Under the pieces are notes generated by a model that made no database searches, was not told where the DNA came from, and saw nothing but the letters and a program-made list of their open reading frames with translations. The translations under genes and the position numbers were made by a program. Shown piece by piece: positions 38,101-51,194 of a stretch of DNA of 64,000 bases. Position 1 is the first letter of the stretch, and every line of letters begins with the position of its first letter. Source of the DNA: Selaginella moellendorffii (lineage: Eukaryota > Plantae > Lycopodiophyta); the NCBI RefSeq assembly GCF_000143415.4, contig NW_003314264.1:1149520-1213519 (forward strand), read 5' to 3'.

Positions 38101-38175
38101 ATATACTATATAAAGGTTTGGAAACCTTATTTTACAAGTGGGATAATGACAATTCCCACTTTAACGAAATAGAGC
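32148..38175 (+). mobile_element. 5'-truncated DNA transposon (superfamily unassigned) carrying the ParB-MTase-HAD gene
   Basis: Right end AAGTGGGATAATGACAATTCCCACTTTAACGAAATAGAGC is the reverse complement of the MITE left end; shares the MITE's 22-bp palindrome; no transposase in the surviving part. Confidence 0.75.
32358..37735 (+). pseudogene. Multi-exon gene (~1640 codons, 5' end missing): ParB/Srx-like + degenerate beta-class DNA-MTase-like + acidic/Pro-rich linker + FCP1/NIF-like HAD phosphatase
   Basis: GT-AG introns 33534-33587, 34912-34961, 35049-35104, 35177-35225, 35370-35416, 35969-36025, 36041-36085, 36194-36240, 36826-36872 keep one frame. Motifs FYAVSGQHSSLA; KCVVEYNCGG..(R)AALLKGVPCVAV; VFYLNGVL, VWTSM, IIDDSPIK. 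Three point stops (34182, 34791, ~34893). Confidence 0.75.
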
Positions 38176-41100
38176 TTCCAAGTAAAGACTAGAGTAGCAT
38201 GATGTTCTAATTGAAGTGCTGATAGTCAAGGTGGCAAATCAATACTATATTTTATCATGTATATGGGCAAGCTAATGCTATCTACCTATAGTGCACATGG
38301 TTTTTACTCTTTATCCTATGGTGATTTACCATAGGATAACCACAAAGTAGAACTTAAACACTCTATATGCCACGTGCCACATGTCCATAGGACAGTGGTG
38401 CAGAACCCAAGTTTTAGGGCTTTGGGCCACTGAACAAAAAAAAAAAACCAAACTCCTAAACATGGAGCCAAGGAGCGAAGGTACTAGAGCATGAAGTGAT
38501 TTTCGAGCATACAGCCTAAAGAGTGAAGGGATAGGAGCACAGAGTGATTTGGAATAATTCTAGAACATTCAACATCCCAATACTAATATTAGCATGTAAA
38601 ATGAAGCCAAACAGAGTCTGGCGCTATTTCAACATACAGATGGCCTAACGCAAAGATATGGATACTCCATCAACTAACATGGTTTGGAACTTAGGCTTAA
38701 ACCCAAGTAGGACACAAAACAAGGATAGGCACACAAATAGGAGATAAACTATACCTCAAGTTGGATGGCCATGCCTGACCTAGACACTATCCCTACTATA
38801 CATTTGGAACCCTCCATAGCCATAAACCCCCCCCAAACGAGGAATACACATTTTGGGCTTTCACCCTTAGCCACCCTTAGTACTAGGAGTTAGTCTTTGG
38901 GACAAGTTCAAAACTTACTAAATATGGAATATCCATAGATTGTGAATTTGAACATGGGATGAACACTATTGTGTTCAAGACAATCTCTACATTCTGTAGA
39001 TATGCCAAATGAGTATATCTAGACACTTTCTATAAATAGCATTTAGGACCGAAATGAGACTAACACAAAGGGCATGATAGCAAGGGTGTTTGGCAAACAC
39101 AGTAAGCTATCATATAGCAAATATTGAGGAACAATGTTCAATATCACGGGGGTTCCCAACACTAGCAAGTGCAAGCTAACGAATGAGTTTCTCTAATCAG
39201 GTCATGTATACTTGACTAAAAACACTTAGGAATTTCTTCCTTATGCTCATCTAATCAAATGCACATGTGAATACTAGTTTCTCAACTAGCTTATGTGGAG
39301 ATTGATAAAGGATCCAGCAATACTAACCTTCTACTGTCGTGGCAGTAAAAAAGAATATCCAAAAAGACTAGTTGACAAATAACTTTTTTATACCCAAAGT
39401 CACATTTGTGACACTCTACCCCCTTTAGGGAAGATTAACATCCTTATCAATGCATATTCCAGTCTAGACCACCCAACAAGGAAACAATTGTAAAAAAAGT
39501 TCATGGTGATCACTATATAAGAAATGCACCAACTTAAATGAGTTAAAGTAACCTCTTTCTCTAACGCAGATGCACTACCAACTTAGACACCTTCCGACCG
39601 TCACCGATAAGAAAATGACCAATAGAGTTAGCCACCCTTGCTACTCTAGATGTTGCCCAACTTACAAAAGTGTGATACGCCTCTGCCCACAGGGATATAA
39701 AGAGAGAAGCTAGAGGCCCCAACCCTCATGAGCAAAGAAACCAAACTTGTTGGTAAGGTTTAGATAGACTACTATAAATAGGCAATTAGAGTTGTTTACA
39801 CAGTCACGCCCTTTAAACGGAATAAGGAACATTGACAAAGAGGCAGGTAATATGACCAGTCAACAGTAGCTATTCCATGACTAAAGATTTCACCATGCAC
39901 ATGAAGTGCCAAAGCCAATCTGCATATATTGGCCCAAACTCAAAGATCAATAAACAGACAATATCAAAGTCAAAGACAATGATATCTTAGAGATTTAATT
40001 ATCAATGAATAAATCTTATATGAGTATTCCAAGTTATCATCTGATAAACAAGAATTATAGTATAGAAACCACTAAGATCACTATAGTTGGAAAACATAGA
40101 ATTCATTATCCAAAAAAATTTAATAGCTAGTGTATCATTAAGAAAAACTCAATGATGAAACTTAACTATCAAAAATTTCAAATAGCATGTTAAACAATTT
40201 ATGAAAGACAGCTTAAAGAACATAAAGTATCATTGGCTTAGCAAACAAAATGATCACAAATGTATCACCCAAAAGAAATAACATTTTAATCTATCAGAAT
40301 TAACTTGAGCAACAATCAATAAAACAAAATGACTGTGATAAGACCAATAAATACTCATTCATGCCAACTGTCACACTAATCAATCTATAAATAGATCTTA
40401 GTCAACAATACTAAGAAACTAAAGTTGCTCAAGCAAGCATCAACAACATCCTATCGATATCTCAAACCTTAGAAACCAATCCAAAGTAAACCACAAAAAA
40501 TATGTGGTAATGCGAAAAGCCATAATCTATAAAAAAGAACAACTAATTATCATGAAAGATCATCAATCATCCCATTAATAGAGAAATGCATAGTCATTGT
40601 TAAAGAAAGAATCCACCATCCCAAAGAATGGCAAATCATTATAAGAATAATCAATTATCATAGATGATAGTCATTCATCACCAATAATTGCCATATGTAA
40701 ATACTAATTTCAATATCAAAGTTAATGAGCCAAAAATATGTTCCCCAACAACGTCTAACAATTGGAACAATGAGCACAAAACCCAAAGAACCAAAAACTC
40801 GAAGAAGCCTATAGCCAAGTCTTACTTAATAATGATCACAAGTTTCGCATAAAGTAATTTCAATGCTAAAGAAAAAATCATGGTACAACCCATAATATTC
40901 TTCTCAACACATCTAGAAGCTAAACTTTATAATGTTAAAGCTAATAAAGAACATTTCTACATCAATCTAAAAGTTAAACATAACAAAGCTATACTATATC
41001 AATAAGTGATCATTAAAAAATCTTCCATGAATCGATTTATAGCAAAACGTAACTCACTTTATAACAAGCACAAGAAGAATCATCCATGATTAATATATTT

Positions 41101-43402
41101 CAACTCAAATCTAATAAGGATTCAAACATTCTAATATCAATCACTAACTCTTCCTCCTATAGAGTTAACATTGTTTATGACTGAATCATTTTTCAATAAA
41201 AACCCGAAGCTCAACCTCTACTAAACAATCTCATATAGAACATAACTAACTCAACTTGCCACTCAGTTCATTTGAACGTCAACATAGTTGCTAACTAGCA
41301 AATATACGAATGCTAATAACACAAAGTTATAACCAAATCATCAACATTATCTTTATCAAGATTAATGAAACTCAATATCAATCCTATGGAGAGACATCTC
41401 ATCTCACTCGAATTTTAACATCAATAATGTCAACAACAAAGCATTACTTCAATGCCATTAACATCATAACAAAGTTAATAGAAAGCAAAAGTGAATCACC
41501 ACTCAAAACTCTTTAGCAACTAAGCTAACCAAAGTCAAAGATACTGTACTTAGTGTTCGAGACTAAACCTACAATAATACTCAGTTACATATAACACATT
41601 ATCAAGGAATAAATCACCACATCTAAGACTCAATATAATCTCACACCAAGGACTAAATATAACCAAATAATATTGATAAAGGAATCGATATGCTAACATG
41701 GAAAAACCATACAAACCACGACATGATCCTCCGCAACACCATTTAGTAAAGCAATTTTATCATTGCTATATCATTATCGAGCGAAACAAATATTAACAGT
41801 CTTCGACAAAGTCTACAAGCAATTACTAATTGCAAAGCAATCAATAATCACTCTTTAACTTGCCTCTCACAAAACCAAATCACTAAACTTATATTATCGA
41901 GTCATATACTTGTCCAACATAAACATAATGCCCTAAGTACAAGATAAAGGTTCATGGACAAGCACAAACTAAATGACCACTTGAATTAAACTCAACTACA
42001 ATAAGCTCATTAATATATCTAGCCAACAACTCTAAGTATATCTTGAAGAGGTTAGCTATGCATGATCACACTTAGTTGAAACTTAAGTGAAGATCATGAG
42101 ATGAACTCATATTTTGTACACAAGACAAAGCTATAGTACAGGTACTAACATCATAACTTTAAACAACTAAGTTAGACATCACTATCCTCAGCCGGGGATG
42201 GTGCAAAGTTGAGTTGAGCTCACGAGTTGAGCTCAATTCAACACAAGTCAACTCAAGTCAATATAGTCAATAAGAAGTATTACAAAGGAAATCTAAATTG
42301 AACAAATGAAGGTTCTAGCAAACTTTAAAATATTAAAATATGTAAATATCTAAGTTAAAAGTTTCTATAAGATTGAATTGTTTAAAAAAGATAAAGTTCA
42401 TGAGAACCTATCTTTTATAAAACTATATTATTTTATTATAACAATTGTTACAGTTGTCATATTTGATTTGACTACTTAATATTTTGAATACTTTTACAGT
42501 TGTAGATACTATTCCTTCATTCAAAAGATTTTTTAGGGTTCTTGAGAAGATGGGAAGCAAGGAAAACACAAGATCTGTTAATAAGAGTTATAGTGCAAAG
42601 GAATGTGAGAATGTTAATTTTTTTTCACTACCACAATTTTCATATTACACTCCTGGTCCTTATTACCCATTTGGGAATGTGAAGACCACTACCACGATTG
42701 ATAAAAATGCTCTATTACTTCTGAAACAACAGTCCAGAGCAAGATAAATGAAGAAATGAACAGCATGGCGGAAAGCACCAAGAAATCTACTCCATAAAAC
42801 TTTTCATGACATTTGTAATTTACATATTAATTCATATTAAAAACTCTGTTGCTTGCCTATATCACAATCCTCTCATATGATAAGTCCAAGGTATATTTTG
42901 TAGTGAATCCTCATTAAAAGTTTTCAGGAATTGTTTGTAAATAATGATAAAAGAAATCAAAATCTTTCGAAAGACTCAAAAGTAATATTATATCAAAGAA
43001 TCAACTTTATCTACATTTCCAAGACTGAAAGGCAATCTCACATAAGAGAATGGTAGCGTGCCAACGTGCTCTGCCACTATAATATGGTCTATATTTCCTT
43101 GTAGTTTATTTCCCTAGACATTTGGCACATGTAGAAAAGAATATATATGTAGCAAAGTAGGATTCATCATAATGATAGAGCATGTGTATACATGATAATC
43201 TAAAATTCTAGATGTTTACAAGAAAGCTATGATTATGAAGCCCCATTTCCAAGATTGACATTTAAAGAATCTGAGTATTGTCAGTGTTATAATAAATAAA
43301 CCTCATTCCCAAGACTAAAACTTAGTATATAAACTATCTAGAAAAGTTATAGTCATTGTAGGTTTTTTGTTCTCCTTGAGCTCTTTAGAAGTTTGTATTG
43401 AA

Positions 43403-43948
43403 ATGGCTCAAAGGAGAATCATTGCTACTCGTACTTAGCCCCCCAACATTTCATATCAATCTCCACCTCCATCCCCAAGTTCTATCAACATTCCACCTTC
43501 ACCTCCACATAACAATCCTTTTTCTGCTGAGGGCTTTAATGAAGTTGAACTAGAGCTCCCTATATGTGAAATTCCGGATCTTGCTACTAAAGAGGGATTG
43601 CCTCTAGCGCTTCAAGAGCAATGCCACATGTTTTTGCTTGATCTTGCTCCTAACATGACGGGACTACTTGAAAGCACAGAATGCTATTACATTCGGTGTC
43701 TAATATGCTACTTTTTCTTGGACAAGACAAATGGCTTTATGGGTTTACAAACTTTTCTTGAGCACTATAGGAATTGCCCAACGGCGGGTCTGGAAAATGT
43801 GCATATATGGATGTACAATAGATTCAAGAATGAGTTACGGACACATACCCACTATCACTTCATGGTGAGGAACAACATCCCCTTGGGAAACACTGCATTG
43901 GCTAGTGCAAAATATGGGGTTTTTAAGCCACACTACAGTGGAATGTAA
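43403..43948 (+). pseudogene. Small MULE cargo ORF, Pro-rich with putative C2HC zinc finger
   Basis: ATG 43403 is in frame with ORF 43598-43948 via one TAG; RCLIC...FLEHYRNC. Confidence 0.45.
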
Positions 43949-44487
43949 GATCTAGAATTACTTTATTATACTATAGTATTGTCACTATTAAAAGAAAAAA
44001 TATAATAAAATGATATTAGTTTTAGCTAACATACCTTGTTCTAGAAGGTGCTATCATATCACATACAATTGTTTACAAAATGTTAAAGGAGGACATGGCA
44101 ACATACAGGCACTACAAAGTGATGATGACAGGTGAGAATGATAATCCGCAATTACAATATCTGACACTGATACTGACATCTGAAAATTTTAATGATATCT
44201 AACACTTTCACTGACATCTAACATATAACAAGCTTTCCATTTTATGTAAGGATGCAATTAACTTTCTTCTACCTTATCATCAACATAATGATTTCTTTTA
44301 TACTTCCTTCTATATTGGTATTGTGGGGAAGATTCACCTTGCATATGTTGAGCCATGGCTTCTGCATAGGCAGGGAGACTTCCAAAGCCTCCAATTCTAA
44401 AAACTCCAGGTGATTGTGATCTATAAAATAGAATGAAACATATATTAAAATTTTAATAAACATAATTTACCTCCTTGAGGTTAGAGG

Positions 44488-44857
44488 TGTCAGGAATCCC
44501 CCAATTCTTGCCACATTCCTGACCTGCAGACCACATTCCTGACTCTCGAGACACTTCCCTATTCCTGACTCTCGAGATACTTCCCTATTCCTGACTCTCG
44601 AGACACTTTCCGATTCCTGAGTCTCGAGCCATATTCCTGATGATGATGTGGCGCCTCCTCGACCTCAGCTATATTTAGGCCGTCCTCAATCCAAGAGTGG
44701 TGGAGCTTCATCAACCTATAGTATATATAGGTTAGCCTTGTTCCATTTCTCCACAATCTGAATCAACGCCAGTCTAAGGCCTCTTCTTTGTTCCCACTAG
44801 CTTTTTCTCTTTGTCTTTTTGCATTTTCCAGTCTTGATCTTGTCAGGGGTCTTGATA
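44488..44857 (+). repeat. Solo LTR of the gag-only family
   Basis: Near-identical to 7311-7680; TSD AGAGG on both sides. Confidence 0.95.
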
Positions 44858-47141
44858 AGAGGCAACTCACAAAATCCTCTGAGCCAGCGTTTGACGAAAT
44901 GATGTTCTTCAATAACAAACACCAACCTACCAGAGTCACATGCTGCCTCCACCATAGAATTGCTACCTGTTGTGCAATCAATCACAACACCATCTGGTGG
45001 GCAATAGAGCTCAAGCAAGACTTGCATTGCTGATGGAGTTCGAAATCAGTACCCTAGAAATGTGTTGTGGATTTGCTCATCCACAAGGTTAGGTATGATG
45101 TTAGTGGAACTATCATACCCAAGCAAAACACATGCTGCACATTCTCTATCACGAAACCCATCATGTGTGTTTTTGCAAAAGGCATGATAGGTCCACATCA
45201 TAACTTGGAAAATAAAAATGTTTAGAAATTAGATAAAAATATAAAATACATACTCACCTTTTTAGGCTTCCCTTGGACACCCTTCATATTGACGCCAATA
45301 GGACCCATGATGCACCCGAAAGAGAATGACTTGAAATGAACTTCTGCTACGCACATCATAAGCTCATACCTCCAGTTGGGGTCATTCGGTAGGATGAAGA
45401 CGACATGGCCAGCTTCGAGCATAAGTGCTTCGGACAATAGGAATGCATTGCGCAAGTGGTTAGATGTGAGAAAGTTCCAATCCTCAATTTTCCCATCGAT
45501 ATTTGAAAGACCATCTGGAAAGTCGAAGAGAATGAAGTCCGCAACTGGGAGCAAGGGCCTTTGTATCTTTCGGCACCAACGGTTGAATTAGTGCCATATA
45601 TCCATGTTGATGTCGTCTTCCATGAAAGATGTCAATCCATGTTGATGTCGTTGTGTTATTGGGTACACAGGACATACCTATAAAAGAGCTAAGTGAATGA
45701 AAAAAACAATAAATAGTATGCTACTGTCATATGGCATGTTGTCGATGAGAGTTCTTCTAACTCCTCTTCATGAGCATCTTGTCGAGCTGGAATGAAATTA
45801 CTACCAACAGTCATTACTACAAAAAACATGTATTACCACCTTTAGTTTGTAAAATTCACTTTTGCTTACCTCGAGGTCGATGTAATATTCTGTGAACCAT
45901 TTGATCATTGTTTTTTACTGGTAGAACTTGATCCAGATCTTGGTTGTTTGATGGCTGAATTGGAGCCTGTTCCTGGCTGTCTGGTGGTGGAACACGAACT
46001 TGATTTAGAGCTTCCTCATCCTCGTCTCCATGGTCACTTGCATTGCCATTGTTGCTAGCATTGATAACTTTCTCGCGATCTAATATAGAGGTCTCCTTCC
46101 CTAGGAGCTCCAACTCCCAAGGGCATTCTATCTTTCGTGCCTTCGAAACTCTCGCAAACATTGTTGGGTATATTCCTCCATCCCTTACACCCTTTGCAAC
46201 AAGTCAAGTGTGCCTTAAATGGCATGCCTCTATATCAAAGATACCTGTAAATAATATATATTAAAAAACAGTCTTAGAAATCATATTATACCTATAAGCT
46301 GCACGTCGCATGAAATAAGGTTGACTATGTTGGCAATCATAAGTTGTTGTGCTTGTAGACTTCTCTAGCAGCCACCTCTCTTTGATCCCTTTCAATGACG
46401 TATTGATGTAAGTGTCGAAAGACATGAATGTGCCATCTGGATCGTCACCAATGTGTGGTGCCAAGAACTTCTCACCTTCACTTATAATTTACATGATGTA
46501 GACAGCCCTTCTCATCATGTTCTCAAATAGTTTTGGCAGTCCTTTCTCTCTATTCATCAAGCAGACATTGAGGAACTTTAGAGTCTCTATCTATTGCTTA
46601 TATGGAAGCTTCAATTTTGCGATATTGTAAATCATGTCATTTGGAGTTTTGTTCACTGCAAAAGTAACATATGCATAATTAAGAAAAATGAAGTGTGATA
46701 AAAAACTTACATTCATGAGAAGAAATTTTAGCTATAGTCTCTAGCCACTCCTTCGGCCTACGATTGTCTACAATGCATACTAGTTTCTTCAACTTTGAGG
46801 ACTTTGCATGCTGAATTTTGTGCTCAATTTGTACAAACTCAGCTAAGAGCTCTTCTCGACTCTTCTCCGGATATGCAAGTTCCTAAGCATCTTGCTTGAC
46901 CTTCACCAAAGGCTAAAAACCAAAACAATTAAAAGAGGCTTTTATAAAATAAAAGGGAAAGACATACCTTACACCACATAGCGAGCATAAAACTGATTGG
47001 GTTGTTAAACCAAGTTGTACGGTCATTTTGAGTATCATCACCATAATGTTGATGGATGTCATCCTCACTCAAGTCTACCAAAAATCGAAGTTGCTCAATG
47101 TCATAGACAAAGTTTTGCTTTTGAACAGCGAACTGCCCAAG

Positions 47142-48278
47142 TGTCGCGCATGTGACTTCGGGTATCGAAAGTTACCTGTCGACTAGTCCCTTACGGACAC
47201 TCTTACCTTACTGCCACGATGGCAGGAGGTCGGTATTGCTGGACCCTTTATTAGTCCCTCTTGTGCTAGTGGAGTTAACTGGGCCTTTCGAGTGTACTTA
47301 GACCGGACGAACATAAAAACGGAATTCCTATGTGTTATTAGCTAAGCATACTTAGCCCGGTAAGGAGTTCCCGTCTCGTTATGTCTTGCACTGGCTAGTG
47401 ACAAGAACCCTCGCGTATTGAGATTGGTCCCTCAATATCGCTACATGATAGCTTACCGTGTCTGCCAAACACCCTCGCTATCATGCCCTTTGTGTTAGTC
47501 TCATTTCGGTCCCAAATGCTATTTATAGAAAGTGTCCAGATTTGCTCATTTGGCATATCTACGGAATGTAGAGATCGGCCTGAACACAATGGTGTTCGTC
47601 CCATGTCTAAATTCACAATCTAAGGACATTCCATATTTAGTAAGTTTCGAGTTTGTCCCAGAGACTAACTCCTGATACTAAGGGAGGCTTGGGGTGAAAG
47701 CCCAAAGCGTGTGTTCCTCAAGGGGGGGGGGGGGCTATGGGGGGTTCCAAATGTATAGTAGGGATAGTGGGTAGATCGGGCATGGCCGACCAACCTGAGG
47801 CATAGTTTAGCTCCCGCTTGCGTGCCTGTCCTTGTTCTGCATCCGGCTTGGGTTTAAGCCCAAGTTCCATTCCATGCTAGCTGGTGGAGTACCCATATCC
47901 TCACGTTAGGCCACCGGTATGCCGAAATAGCGCCAGACTCCGTTTGGCTCCGTTTTGCGTGCTGGTCCTGGCATTGGGATGCTGGTTGCTTCAGGACTGT
48001 TCCAAGTTGCTCCGGGCCCCTGTCCCTTCGCTCCTTGGGCTGTATGCTCGGGAGTTGCACCGTGGTTTGGTTCCATCACTCCTTGGCTCCATGCCTGGGA
48101 GTTTGGCACCGTTCGTTCGTTCAGTGGCCCAAGGCCCTGAACCTCGGGTTCCTATGGACACGTGGCATGTGACACGTGGCATCTGTCACGTGGCACAAAG
48201 AAGGTTTAGGTTCCGCTTCGTGGTGTTATCCTATGGTAAATCACCATAGGATAAAGGGTCAAAACCACGTGCGCTACA
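47142..48278 (+). repeat. Family B solo LTR (1137 bp)
   Basis: TGTCGCG...CGCTACA; TSD CCAAG on both sides. Confidence 0.95.
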
Positions 48279-49365
48279 CCAAGCCTACATTTAAACACAA
48301 CAAAACAAGTTAAAGTGGAGTTAAGAGGTAAAACTATAAAACTTATGCATTGATCTTTTGGCAGGCCAAGATAAGTCTGTTGACATCCAAAGGTCCCCTC
48401 GTGTAGACATGGCCGACTGGAATGTTGATATGGTAGACGGGATCATCGCAAAAATGATCGTCTATACACTTCATCCAAGCTTCATATTGGTGGTTACCGT
48501 CAATAATTTGGAACATTGTCCCTGCAAACTGTTGAGTTTTAGGATGTCTGATAAATATGTCATCAAATTCTAGGGACTTCCTCCTCCAAATAGGATCCTA
48601 GCTATTCACAATCTCGGGTGTGACGGTAATGATCTCCATTGTTCCTGGCTTGCAAAAAGAGACTAGAAACATATTGATATTTGTTGCAAGGCCATTCTGT
48701 TTGAACAAGATGTATATATCCAGGTTGACATACTTGGATGCTATGTGGACAAGGTTCGTCAGTTGTAAATGGCAAAGGGGGATTTCTTTGATCAAGTCAC
48801 AAGGGTCTGGCCACTTGATCGCCACAAGTGTTTGGTGAACTGCTTTTTCCCTTGTCTGCATAACAGTCTCTTGAAAGCGCTTGTCCACCACGTTGTTAGG
48901 AAGGTCTGCAACTCTTTCAGCTCTAGGCTATTCCTCGAGTTCCCTATCGTGAACACTACTAAATTGCCCAACTTTAGGGATTTGCACTGGTGGTGGGCCA
49001 GTGAAGAGTAAAGCTGGAGGTAGCAATGGTGATGGTGGGTGGTGGTGGCGGTGGTGGCAGGGGCGGAGGCAATAGTGGCAGTGGTGGTGGCAATGGTGAT
49101 GGTGGCGGTGGCGATGGCGGTGGTGGAGGTGGTGATGGCGGAGGTGATGGTAGTGGAGGTGGTGAATCTCTAACTAAATGTGTTTTTGTTGTGCCAATGG
49201 ACATGTCAATCGTCAGTGCCAAATTGAACTTCTCATGTTTTCTTGGCTCCAACAAATTTTTTGTGTTACAATTTTCCTTTTCTGCAAGCGAAAAAATTTT
49301 GTTAGTCAAACTAAATAAAGATAATGAGAAATTCAAACAATCAAAGAGAAAAAAAAAATCAAGTG

Positions 49366-49850
49366 GGCCTAGACTCCACCTCAGGCACTTTGGTTGCCCA
49401 GGGGGCCAAGGTTATTCAGATAACCTTGGCCCCTCGGCCAGCAAAACTGCCCGAGGTGGCCGACCCACACTTGACTTCGGGCAATTTGGCCACTCGAGGG
49501 GCCAAAGTTATTCAAATAACATTGGCCCCTCAGCCAGCCAAACTGCCGGAGGTGGCCAGCCTTGGCTTGACCTCGGGCAGTTTGGCCATCTGAGGGGCTG
49601 AGGTTATTTGAATAACCTCAGCCCCTCGGCCAGCCAAATTGCCCGAGGTGGCCGTCCTGGGCTCGACCTTAGGCAGTTTGGCCACCTGAGGGGCCAAGGT
49701 TATTCAAATAACCTCGGCCCCTTGGCCAGCAAAACTGCCCAGGGTGGCCGGCCCGGGCTCGACCTCGGGCAGTTTGGCCACCTAAGGGGCCGAGGTTATT
49801 CAAATAACCTCGGCCCTTGGCCAGCAAAACTGCCCGAGGTGGCCGGCCCT
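49366..49850. repeat. Tandem array of ~5 palindromic 96-bp units
   Basis: Units start at 49402, 49498, 49594, 49690, 49786; each has GGGGCCGAGGTTATT-NN-AATAACCTCGGCCCC. Confidence 0.92.
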
Positions 49851-51194
49851 AAAGAAGCAATCAAGAAAAAAGCAAGAAGAAAAAAATGGAAGTGGAAGCA
49901 ATCAAATCGAAACTCACCCTTGGTGGCATCTTTCCTTCCTGATTTCTTCATCGTGTTGGATTTTTTGTGTGCTCAATCTCTCCCGCTCGCGCACTCAATC
50001 TCTCGATCTCAATCTTTCAATCTCCTTCACGCTCAATTCTCGATCTCTTGTGTGCTCCACTCACAGTGCGAATAGTAACCTAATCCTGGCGGCTACCCTG
50101 ACCCTAATCCTGATTCTGAATAACCTAAATCTCAACCATTCATTCTGAATAACCTAAATCTCAACCATCACAATATCTTTGATCTTATTTTATCTTATCA
50201 TTATTATTATATGTAAATTATGCTTCTTTATTTTGTATATTTTAATGATGGTATAACTAGCACCTATCAATATTTCTGTTATTAGAGATATGATATTATA
50301 TTTTACAAATTATCTAGAAAGGATGCATTCTCATCAATATTTTGTACATATTTTGGAATCATTACAAGAACTTTAAAGAGTATAAATAAGGCACGTTCAA
50401 ATATGTTATACTATATCCATCTATGAATGGATGAATCCTCATCCAGAAATTTATTTTGTGTCGTATTAGATCCTAAACAATAGGCACATGCTTTAAATAT
50501 CATTGAGCAGTATTCACAATTATGGATAAAACTTAAGTTGTACTATGAATCAAATCTATCAGTGAAGAATAAGATTTGACAAGATTTATTATCATTTACC
50601 ACTTAAAATTTGACAACTTGACATATCACACATACTGATAGTCGGATTGGATCTTGTTTTTTGACACGCTATAGCAGAATATCATTGCTAGTATCATTAT
50701 TAACTATCAAACTTCATGTGCTAAAAATCTTTCCTTGGATCTATGTGTATACATGTATCAGACATCATAATAGATGACAGTAATATTAATACTGTCACAC
50801 TTGAACATGTTAAATTTGCTATAGAATTTAAATTCATTTTGTACGTTGTCTTCTTATTACTCTATTTAAATTTCAATTATGTTTCACTATGGATTTTTAC
50901 AAGTAGCATAGAGAGAGAGAACTCCAAAACCTATTGAGAAGGATGGAGAGGTTTTTTTTTCATTTTCGAGATCACCCATCTCTTTCATTCTCTCAAAGTA
51001 TTGTTTCTGAAAGTTTTTTATGTCGGCGTTTTGATCTTTGTCTTGGCTCTATTTCTTTAGAGGCTGTGATTCGCAATGACACTGGTATAGTTGCATACTT
51101 GGAGTTTCTTCTTTCTGGTGTGGGCGAGGGTGGACAACAATGGGATTTACAGAATTCCAAGTTGAAGGAAATTCGTGTTTGGATCTCCAATCAA

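Larger units (their letters stand above)
44270..49951 (-). pseudogene. Multi-exon ParB/Srx-like + beta-class (N6_N4) DNA methyltransferase-like gene inside the MULE, disrupted by two solo LTRs; ends approximate
   Basis: Reading through TAG 48598 gives MFQIIDGNHQYEAW (~48475-48516). ADFILFDFPDG (motif IV position) precedes RTPSAMQVLLELYCPPDGVVIDCTTGSNSMVEAACDSGRLVFVIE (motif X-I-II). Probable first exon 49918-49951. Confidence 0.8.

Noticed and set aside
22209-38175. One giant element from the MITE left TIR to the 38175 TIR
   Set aside because: The MITE has its own right TIR and TSD, and the flanks at 22205 and 38176 do not match.
49026-49601. Glycine-rich protein ORF on +
   Set aside because: Antisense shadow of the poly-Pro exon and repeat array of the minus-strand gene.
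49366-49850. Regular palindromic repeats as a CRISPR array
   Set aside because: Whole units repeat with no unique spacers, no cas genes, and the context is a eukaryotic intron.
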